Positions 47,457-56,220 of a DNA stretch of 64,000 bases are shown here, piece by piece. Both the position numbers and the translations under genes were made by a program. The first letter of the stretch is position 1. Each line of letters starts with the position of its first letter. The DNA is from an uncultured virus (IMG/VR IMGVR_UViG_3300020057_000040) (taxonomy: Duplodnaviria; Heunggongvirae; Uroviricota; Caudoviricetes), in IMG/VR virus record IMGVR_UViG_3300020057_000040; one strand, written 5' to 3'. Below the pieces are notes generated by a model. It did not search any database, was not told the DNA's origin, and saw nothing but the letters and a program-made list of their open reading frames with translations.

Positions 47457-47767
47457 TAACGGAATGAGTATTGGAGAAGTTTTTAATGCGATTTTGAAAC
47501 ACTAAATAAAAATATATATGACAACAGAAGAACAAATAGTAAAATGGTTTGCAGACTTTAGAAAAGAGAACCCAAAGTTTGAAAACGAATATGTTGATAA
47601 CGGACAACTAATTTATTGGTTAGCACAAAAGGAAGCATTAAAAATTTCTTCCAATACTGTGTTAGCGGATAGTTGCCGTTTTTATGAACAGGATAATACT
47701 ACAGCGATGAACTGCAAACATTGTGGTAAGGGTAAATATATGCACGGAAACAGCAATTTACGCTAAC
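47457..47767 (+). repeat. Cassette (site plus ORF 47518-47766), duplicated at 50711-51021
   Basis: About 311 bp near-identical; both copies run from TAAC to TAAC and encode identical 82-aa proteins. Confidence 0.95.
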
Positions 47768-50710
47768 GGTTTTCGGCTTTGCGATGGTGGGGAAATCTAA
47801 GCACCAAAGTTGGATTTATTACTAATGTTTAATCAAGGCACTAATGTTTAATTTTGCACGTCAGCCCCACTATTGCAAAACCGATGTTATGTGCCGTTAA
47901 TTTTCAAAATACAATGGTAGAAGAAATGTTTTATGTAAAAAATGACGAAAGAATGAGTAAAGTAAAATCGTTTATTCGTGAAAATATGCCAACAGCAAGA
48001 TTTAAGAGTAACCCATACAAATACTCAAACGGGAAATGGGAATTTAATATTAGTTATGAAATTGGCGATATGAATAAATTGTCAATTTTACTAAACGACT
48101 TTTATAATGAAGATAATCATAAACTTATTAAAAAAGAAAGTTTGTGGGAACGGTTTTTAGCGTGGGCGTTTTAATGGCACATAACGTATCTGGGCTTGTA
48201 GCAGTAGGGGATTAAAAGCACTAATGTTTATCGAACCACTAAAACTGATTAGAAGTACACAGCTCAATTAAAGCACTTCTACCCCTATTGCTACAAACCC
48301 TTGTTAGCGGTAGTACGGTTTAATTTACGAGGGATTATCAATTTAAAACGAAACAAAATGGAAGGTTATTTAGGTGAAACAATTTTAGATATTCATAAAA
48401 CAAAATACGCAATGTATGCGCCACAGGATTGGGTAATTATGTGGATTGAAATGTATGGTGGTTTTGATGGTGAACATCACAAGGCTTGGCTAATTGACCA
48501 AATTGCAAGAATATTAAAAGGAACAAAAGTAATTGTCAAACTTGCAAAATGGGATTCTGGTAACGAAGAAGAAAGATTTACTTTGGCAGATGCACCGCCT
48601 GAATATCATAAATGGGTGCAGGAAATGTGCGATGGTGAAGATGGTGCTGATACATACACTTACGATGTTGGTTTCGCTCCGTAGTATTACCGCTAACGAA
48701 CAAGTATTTGCGAAGGTTTTGTTCTTCACAAAACTTTACGCAAATACATTGTTAGCTTTAGTATTTTAAACTTTTTGAGCGTGGATTATTAACAATTAAA
48801 TAAATATAAAATGAAAAAATCAGCAGAAGAATTTATCAGAGAAAAATCATTTCCAAATGGAATATCAGAAGACAAATGGGAAGAACATAAAAACACTCAT
48901 TCGGGAACAAATTGGGTCGGGTTTGCAATAAAAGCAATGGAAGAACATACCAAACAAGAACTGATTGCCTTTAAAAAGTGGTATGATAAACTAAGCCCAA
49001 CCGAGAAGATTTCCGTTTGGAGCGAAGATGGAAGCCAACAGGGTTTATTCAATTTATCGGACGAACAAATAATTGATAAATGGAATAGATACCAAGAGCC
49101 GAAGAATACAAAATTTGCAAACCCTGATGCTGTGATTGATGTTATTACTAATTAGTGCGGTGGCAGAAAAAGTTTAAAATATTGAAGCTAACGGCATCAA
49201 GCTAAAAGCTGACCGCCTTTATAAGCGGTTAGTAGGTGGCGGTTTGATTTTAGGTTGTGTTATATTTAGTATTTTAAAATTTAATTGAAAAGACATGAAA
49301 CTGAAAAACTTAAAAAAAGAACAATTAATAAAACTGTGTGAATTTAGACTGAAACACGAAAATAAATATTTTACTGAAATATCAATAGAGGATAAGAGTT
49401 TTAAATATCTAAATGGTGTATCGTATATTGTAAAATCTGATAAGTGGAGTGATTATCGTTTTTCAGTTTCTTTTGATATGTTTTATCCTGATGAATTTAT
49501 GTATCTTTTAGAGTTGGGTGTGGAATTTTAAAATATTGAATATAACGGGTTCGGGCTAAACGCAGTTGGCTTTTCGCCAATTGTCGTTTTAGCCCATGTT
49601 ATATTCTCGTTCTTTTTCTTCTTTTTTTTGTGCGAGGGCTGTATTTCTACCATGTTCACTAAAAACAATCTCTTTGTATATCAAGTAGTTATGAAGTATT
49701 TTGAAAATAGTTGTAAAGGTATAGTAGGTATATGAAATACATAGTGTATATTTGCTGTATAATTAAAAACAAACAAAATGGAAAATGCAACAATCACAAC
49801 CACAGATGCCCACCTTACTTCGGTTTACATCCTACAAGACGAGAAAGGAAAGCTGCATCACAGCAGTTACCGCCCAACTGAACACTTTAAACACCACAAA
49901 ACAAGCGGTGCTGATGTTTGGTCTTTACAATGCGGATGCTTTATGGACAAGCCAACTCACGATTTTTGGATTGGGGACACTATTGATTGTCATATTGGAT
50001 TTATGGCAGCGTGGGGTATTTCTAACTTCAATGCAAAACTAAAAATTGTTGCAAAAAGTAAATACATTTGGGATTACTCTTTACCCGTTGGCGAAAGAAT
50101 GTTGGACACCAAATCAACAAAGAACTATATTGAAATGCTAACTAAATATCGCAACCAAGCAAAATGAAAAAACCAAAGAATATTCATCTAACGGAAGGTG
50201 CAATCAAAGCCCTTTCCATTCAGGCGATAGAAAACGGCACGAACTTCAAAAATTATGTAGAAGCAAAATTGGAAGCACTTGCCCAAACCTCTAACAGTTT
50301 TGAAAAAACTGAAAAGGGGGAGAAAAAAAAGAAGAAAAAGAATGGAATATAACGTTTTGGAGCTAATAAATCGGGCGGTTAGCGGTTATGTAATGTCCGC
50401 CTGTTTATTAGGTGCTGTTATGTTTTCGGTTTGCTACAAAGAATATTAATCAATTAAAATAAATAAAAAATGCAAGTAGAGGAAAAAAGGCTTATAACAA
50501 CTGTAAATGTTTATCACTTTAAAATAAGTATAAATAAAGACGATTATTTTTTTATAGCTGAAACTCTAAATATTGGAGGAGGCGAAGAAGTAATAGAGAT
50601 AAGGCGTGGAAAAGCTGTTTTTGATTGTGCTAAAAGATTAAAAACAAGCGAAAAAAAACAAGTTAAAAGAATGATTGAATTGATGTTTAACGTCTAGGCA
50701 AACTGGAACA

Positions 50711-51021
50711 TAACGGAATGAGTATTGGAGAAGTTTTTAATGCGATTTTTAAACACTAAATAAAAATATATATGACAACAGAAGAACAAATAGTAAAATG
50801 GTTTGCAGACTTTAGAAAAGAGAACCCAAAGTTTGAAAACGAATATGTTGATAACGGACAACTAATTTATTGGTTAGCACAAAAGGAAGCATTAAAAATT
50901 TCTTCCAATACTGTGTTAGCGGATAGTTGCCGTTTTTATGAACAGGATAATACTACAGCGATGAACTGCAAACATTGTGGTAAGGGTAAATATATGCACG
51001 GAAACAGCAATTTACGCTAAC
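50711..51021 (+). repeat. Second copy of the duplicated cassette, adjacent to the integrase
   Basis: Matches 47457-47767. Confidence 0.95.
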
Positions 51022-51071
51022 TACTATATGTACGTTTTGCTTATAAATGATTAATACTTAATAAAATACAA

Positions 51072-51911
51072 ATGGATATTACACGGTGGTATAACAGATA
51101 TTGTACTGATTCTAAACTTAAATATCCAAGTTTTAGAACTCAGAAGAATTATCAATGTACTGTTTCGTTATTTCTTCAATACTTTATAAATGAGATTGAC
51201 CCTCAACATATACAAACGCAAAAAATAAAAGAATGGTTAGTTAAATTTGAAACTATTAATACTCGAAACCACAAACTTTGTGCAATAAAATCTTTCTATA
51301 AAATTACAGTTTGTAAACCATTAAAATTAGATAAAATACAATTTTCTAAAAAAGATAAAAAATTACCAATAGTTTTATCTGTTGATGAAATACAAAAAAT
51401 GTTTAATGTTTGTGAAAACAAAAAACACAAAGTTATTTTAGCTTTACTTTATTCGTGTAGTCTTAGGGTTTCAGAATTAATAAATTTAAAATGGCAACAC
51501 ATTGATAGAAGCCGAATGATAATTAATATAATTCAAGCTAAAGGAAACAAAGATAGGCAAGTCGGATTAAATGATAAATTGATTAAGTTGTTAGAGGATT
51601 ATTATAAAGAATATAAACCAAAAGAATATATTTTGAACGGACAGTTTCCTGATAAGCAACTTAAATATTCTGATAGAAGTGTTGGAGAAGTTATCAAACA
51701 ATTAGCTAAAAAATCAGGGATAACTAAAGGTGTTCACACACATTTAATTAGACATTGTTCTGCAACACACATGGTAGAATCGGGTGTTGATATTAATTTA
51801 ATTCAAAAACTTTTAGGTCATGGGTCTGTTAAGACTACTAATATTTATTTACATATTTCGCATAATCACATCTCTAAAATACAATCTCTATTACAAAAAA
51901 TTAGTTTATAG
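51072..51911 (+). CDS. Tyrosine recombinase (IntI/XerD-like) with no obvious IntI-specific insertion
   Basis: KKLPIVLS..EI, LRVSE (R), AKGNKDR (K), HLIRH, LLGH and TNIY catalytic residues; 279 aa. Confidence 0.95.
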   Translation: MDITRWYNRYCTDSKLKYPSFRTQKNYQCTVSLFLQYFINEIDPQHIQTQKIKEWLVKFETINTRNHKLCAIKSFYKITVCKPLKLDKIQFSKKDKKLPIVLSVDEIQKMFNVCENKKHKVILALLYSCSLRVSELINLKWQHIDRSRMIINIIQAKGNKDRQVGLNDKLIKLLEDYYKEYKPKEYILNGQFPDKQLKYSDRSVGEVIKQLAKKSGITKGVHTHLIRHCSATHMVESGVDINLIQKLLGHGSVKTTNIYLHISHNHISKIQSLLQKISL

Positions 51912-51915
51912 AAAT

Positions 51916-53118
51916 ATGAAAAAAATAAAAATAATTGTTGGCTTAAATTTTGGTGATGAAGGAAAAGGATTAACAGTATCGTATCTTTGTAACCAATCTA
52001 AAAACCCTTTAGTAATTCGTTTCTCAGGTGGACAACAAGCAGGTCATACAGTTGTTCACGAAGGAAATCGTCATGTGTTCTCAAATTTCGGTAGCGGTAC
52101 AATGCAAGGTCATCCGACTTATTGGAGTGAGTATTGCACTTTCAGTCCGCTCGGTGTTTTGAATGAACACAACGCCTTGAAAAAAATAAAAGGTTTAGAA
52201 CCTAAATTATTTGTTCATCCTTTATGTCCCGTTACTACACCTTATGACCGTGTGTTTAATTGTCAGTTGGAAAAATCAAATCAACACGGCTCTTGCGGTG
52301 TCGGTGTAGGTTCAACAATCCAAAGGCAAGAAGATTATTATAAACTTTTTGTTCAGGATTTATTTCACGAAAACGTATTAATTCAAAAATTGCAAAATAT
52401 AAAAAATTATTATGCAAAGAAACTTGCTATTTCAAACCCATACATTGATGAAAAAATGGGTGTGAATATGGATGATTTTATTCACATAGTTAATGAAGTG
52501 AAAAAAATTATTACTGTTGATAATGGTAGTGAACTTTTATCACAGAATGGTTACGATTTAATTTTTGAAGGTTCACAAGGAATTTTGCTTGACCAAGATT
52601 TCGGTTTCTTTCCTAATGTAACACGTAGTAATACCACTTCAAAAAATGCTCTTTCGATTATCAATAACGATAAATATTTAAGCATGATAAATAAAAGTGA
52701 TATTGAAATTTATTATATCACTCGTTCTTATCAAACCCGTCACGGTAACGGTTATATGAGTAACGAAAATTTATTCGGTGAATTGAATTTAAAAAATAAC
52801 GAACTCGAAACAAACGTAACAAACGAATGGCAGGGTAATTTCAGAAAATCTGTTTTGGATATAGATTTATTGAAGTACGCTTTTCAATGCGATTCAAATT
52901 TCTCTCATGGTATAACAAAACATTTAGTTGTAACTTGTGTTGACCAAACGGGAGATATTATTCCTGTAACTATTAATAACGGTGATAATAATATTTTATA
53001 TAATATTCATATCGAAGAATTACCAACCCGTTTACCTGTAAATTTTAAAAATGTTTATATCAGTCGTGGAGATACAACCGATAAGATGTCAGTTATTTAT
53101 TTAAATAATCATATATGA
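51916..53118 (+). CDS. Adenylosuccinate synthetase-like protein (start reassigned to ATG 51916)
   Basis: GLNFGDEGKG, RFSGGQQAGHT, FEGSQGILLD and TRHGNG motifs. Confidence 0.88.
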   Translation: MKKIKIIVGLNFGDEGKGLTVSYLCNQSKNPLVIRFSGGQQAGHTVVHEGNRHVFSNFGSGTMQGHPTYWSEYCTFSPLGVLNEHNALKKIKGLEPKLFVHPLCPVTTPYDRVFNCQLEKSNQHGSCGVGVGSTIQRQEDYYKLFVQDLFHENVLIQKLQNIKNYYAKKLAISNPYIDEKMGVNMDDFIHIVNEVKKIITVDNGSELLSQNGYDLIFEGSQGILLDQDFGFFPNVTRSNTTSKNALSIINNDKYLSMINKSDIEIYYITRSYQTRHGNGYMSNENLFGELNLKNNELETNVTNEWQGNFRKSVLDIDLLKYAFQCDSNFSHGITKHLVVTCVDQTGDIIPVTINNGDNNILYNIHIEELPTRLPVNFKNVYISRGDTTDKMSVIYLNNHI

Positions 53119-54263
53119 AAAAAAGGTACGCAATATATTTTGAAGGTGTTTTTGAAATCGGTTATGTTAAAGCATCATTATTAAAAAAATCAAAAAGTAT
53201 AAAAATTAATACTATTGATGAATCAAAAAAAATTGCAACAAAATTTAATTCAAAATTTATAGCAAATTTATTTTGTAAAATGTGTAATTGGATTAGCGAA
53301 ACTAATTGTGATTTAAGAACTTATAAGGTGGTTGAATTGTGAATATTACTACCTACCTACCGTAAACCACAGTCATATTAACTACCGTGTTAGGGTTAAT
53401 GCTGTATTTTAAAAAGCACTCACCGTTTATTATCATGTTATCAGGATTAACGGTTGTGATTCCACTTTGAAATTGCATTGTACTTACTCTTGGATACCAA
53501 AATTCTTCCTGTAATTGTCCCGTAGCATCTTTGCAGATTTTAGTGATTACATTTTGTGATTGACCCGCATTAGTATTAAATGAGATACTGATAATCTTTT
53601 TAGGCTCTGTGGCGAGAGTTCTATTGAAAAATGGCATAGATACAGGGGATGATACTCCAACATTAGGATTGCCTATACCTGCACCTAAAGTCCATGCTTT
53701 AAATAAATTTATAATTTGGTTTTGTGATGTATTGTTTGTGAATGTGAATTGAATTGTGTTAAGTTCAAGATTACCGTTACCATCAACTCCTGTTTTATTT
53801 TCTTTATCCTTTTCTTTTTCAGTTATTTGCTTCTTTTGAAAATCACTAAGTTTTTTTAATCCATAAATTAACCCAATAGTTATTCCTATTGCTGTAATTG
53901 GTTTCCAATGTTTTTTTAAAAAATTCATTTTTGTTTGTATTCAAGTTTTAGACTTAATTCATTTATATCTAAAATATTATCTCTCAATTTTAATATCAAT
54001 TTAAGTTGATTTAATTTTGCTTCGTTTAATTTCTGAATTTGATTGTGATTATTTGGATTTAGTACGGCAGTAATTTCACATAACTGATATTGTTCACTAA
54101 TTTCTTTTAATTTATCTAATAAATATTTATCATTTAATGAAATAGCTATTATTTGAATTTGTAATAGTTTTTGTTCGTTGTTTGACATTTTTTTATTTTA
54201 AGTGATTTAAAAAAAAGCAGAATAAATTTCTCTAATCTGCCTTTTTTTATTTTTAGTTAGTTA

Positions 54264-55238
54264 TTAAGATATTTTTTCAATTGTCATGTGTGATGATATT
54301 GCGTGAGTACCTGAACCACCTGCTGCTATTGTTAATGCCGTTGGGTTTCCAATAGCATTTGCAATCCTTACTAATTGATTCGGTATAGTTGTAGTTACAT
54401 AAGCTGAACCAATTATTTGACTTGCTCCAACAGCACGACCAAATAATGTTGAATCAGATGTAGGAACAAAAGATGCCCAAGTTATTCCATTATCAACTGA
54501 TGTTTCAATGTTTAATTGTCCCGCTTCTGCAATATTACTAATATTGAATCCAATTTTGTATGTGCCTACTGTTGTAATTTGAACACTATCTTTTCTAACT
54601 GTCGGTTGAGTGAAAACACCACCTGAATTAATTGTAAATCTTGGGAAAGGAATACCTTGATTGATAATACCTGTTGATACAGGAATTGTAGCAGCGTAAT
54701 CATCAGCCCCACCATTCCCTGTTCCTGCCGTCAATCCAAAGAAATCAGCAATAGCACTTGAACCACCACCGAAAGTAATATTAGTTCTTTTGTTTTCGGG
54801 GTCATTTGTAACCGTAGCACCAATGAAATTTAAATTTGGTTGTTGAGGTAAGGCAGTACCACCACTCTGAACACCAACACCACCACCACCACTACCTGCG
54901 ATATTTGTTACTAATTCCCAATCGTTATCTCCAACAGGAACGATAGTTCCAATAATTCCGTTTGAAGATAATACTACTGTTGCGCTTCCACTAATTTTAT
55001 CACCATCTTGTGCGATAATAGTAATGTTGTTTGTACCTGACATACTGTAAACGTCAACGAATCTTATCCCGCTATAAGCAGAAAAAGAACCGTATTGTCC
55101 TGCAATATATTTGTAAAGAGTTTCAAGTTTTGGTAATTGCAGACTAACTGCTCCTGTTCTCGTATCAATGTTTAGCTTGAACTCAGATAATGACATCTCG
55201 TTAAAACCCGCTCCAATTGTTCTTGTTATATTGTCCAT
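54264..55238 (-). CDS. Gly/Thr-rich beta-strand protein, probably virion structural or fibre-like
   Basis: Composition, LNFIGATVT motif and BclA-like C-terminus. Confidence 0.45.
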   Translation of the reverse strand: MDNITRTIGAGFNEMSLSEFKLNIDTRTGAVSLQLPKLETLYKYIAGQYGSFSAYSGIRFVDVYSMSGTNNITIIAQDGDKISGSATVVLSSNGIIGTIVPVGDNDWELVTNIAGSGGGGVGVQSGGTALPQQPNLNFIGATVTNDPENKRTNITFGGGSSAIADFFGLTAGTGNGGADDYAATIPVSTGIINQGIPFPRFTINSGGVFTQPTVRKDSVQITTVGTYKIGFNISNIAEAGQLNIETSVDNGITWASFVPTSDSTLFGRAVGASQIIGSAYVTTTIPNQLVRIANAIGNPTALTIAAGGSGTHAISSHMTIEKIS

Positions 55239-55460
55239 GTTTTATATATTTTTTAAATTATAATTATTTAATTTTAAGTATAATAAAGGTATCTTTTAAA
55301 TCAATGTACACTAAAAGTTTATGTTTGAGTAAACTGACGTGTAATAACAGCAGATTAAACAATGTTAATGATAATTAATTAGACTGATTTTCAATTACTT
55401 AAATATTATTTTTAAAATAAATTTTTTTGTTAGGAATTAATAATTTAGTTTTGTGTCATT

Positions 55461-55532
55461 ATGAAGAATTTGAGTTTACATAGTTTATCGTATCTGTACC
55501 TGTTAAAAGGTTCGGGTGATTCTCTATTGTAA
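55461..55532 (+). CDS. Leu/Ser/Tyr/His-rich leader peptide of tRNA operon 3 (23 aa)
   Basis: MKNLSLHSLSYLYLLKGSGDSLL; promoter TAGTTTTG at 55446-55453. Confidence 0.8.
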   Translation: MKNLSLHSLSYLYLLKGSGDSLL

Positions 55533-55565
55533 ACATTATGATATAAAAATAATTAACTTACACGG

Positions 55566-55600
55566 AAAACCCTGAACCTAAAAAGTTCGGGGTTTTTTGT
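55566..55600 (+). terminator. Attenuator terminator ahead of tRNA operon 3
   Basis: AAAACCCTGAAC-CTAAAAA-GTTCGGGGTTTT followed by TTGTTTT. Confidence 0.85.
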
Positions 55601-55633
55601 TTTGTACTAATTCGTTCTTTAAAAAAAATATAT

Positions 55634-55710
55634 GGTGTTATTAGCTCAGTTGGTTAGAGTGCCTGATTGTGGTTCAGGAGGTCGTGGGGTCGTAGCCCAC
55701 ATAATACCCA
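55634..55710 (+). tRNA. tRNA-His(GTG)
   Basis: Anticodon arm CCTGA-TTGTGGT-TCAGG; G-1 present. Confidence 0.88.
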
Positions 55711-55713
55711 AAA

Positions 55714-55806
55714 GGAGAAGTACCCAAGTTGGTTAAGGGGGCAGTTTGCTAAACTGTTAGGTCGTGTAAAAACGATGCGTGAGTTCGAGCCTCACTTTCT
55801 CCGCCA
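55714..55806 (+). tRNA. tRNA-Ser(GCT)
   Basis: Anticodon arm GCAGT-TTGCTAA-ACTGT; long variable arm; CCA end. Confidence 0.92.
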
Positions 55807-55839
55807 AGAGTAAAAATGTTCTTTGAAAATGAATTTATT

Positions 55840-55922
55840 GGAGGGATGCGACCAACGGTGGTCAACTGCGTTTGAAGCGCAGGGCGGTCTTTACGGACAG
55901 GGTTCGATTCCTAATCTCTCCG
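55840..55922 (+). tRNA. tRNA-Ser(TGA)
   Basis: Anticodon arm CTGCG-TTTGAAG-CGCAG; long variable arm. Confidence 0.85.
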
Positions 55923-55936
55923 CAAAAATTAAATAA

Positions 55937-56020
55937 GGGAGTTTATCCAAGTGGTCAACGGGGACAGACTGTAAATCTGTTGGCTTTATGCCTTCGTAGG
56001 TTCAAATCCTACAACTCCCA
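55937..56020 (+). tRNA. tRNA-Tyr(GTA)
   Basis: Anticodon arm ACAGA-CTGTAAA-TCTGT. Confidence 0.92.
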
Positions 56021-56033
56021 CAAAAATAAATAT

Positions 56034-56120
56034 GCCGATATGGTGAAATTGGACAAAGACACAACAGACTTAAAATCTGTCGCCTTCAATGGCATCCCGA
56101 TTCGAGTTCGGGTATCGGTA
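56034..56120 (+). tRNA. tRNA-Leu(TAA)
   Basis: Anticodon arm ACAGA-CTTAAAA-TCTGT. Confidence 0.88.
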
Positions 56121-56134
56121 CAAAAAATAAATAT

Positions 56135-56220
56135 GCGGGTATGGCGAAACTGGCTGATACGCACCTGTTTTAGAAACAGACGCTTTAAATGGCATAAGGG
56201 TTCGACTCCCTTTACCCGCA
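56135..56220 (+). tRNA. tRNA-Leu(TAG)
   Basis: Anticodon arm CTGT-TTTAGAA-ACAG. Confidence 0.88.

Larger units (their letters stand above)
42144..51911. mobile_element. Integron-like element: cassette array, attI-like end and tyrosine recombinase
   Basis: Hairpin sites (YAACG...TGTTR) at 42144-42205 (variant), 42502-42627, 43176-43299, 43585-43645, 44207 (half site), 44890-45014, 46028-46150, 46470-46596, 46750-46840, 47124-47240, 47457-47664, 47764-47889, 48182-48306, 48694-48754, 49189-49262, 49543-49601, 50350-50420 and 50711-50918; terminal TAAC at 51018. Confidence 0.85.

Noticed and set aside
42144..51021. Cassette sites as a CRISPR array or simple terminators
   Set aside because: The sites vary in sequence and length, are separated by whole genes, lack U-tracts and sit next to a recombinase.
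42292..51021. Shuffling creates chimeric proteins by joining loop-encoded N-termini to new cassettes
   Set aside because: The duplicated unit runs TAAC to TAAC, so a loop and its downstream ORF move together.
51820..51915. N-terminal extension of the PurA-like ORF
   Set aside because: It overlaps the integrase; the GDEGKG motif position fits a start at 51916.
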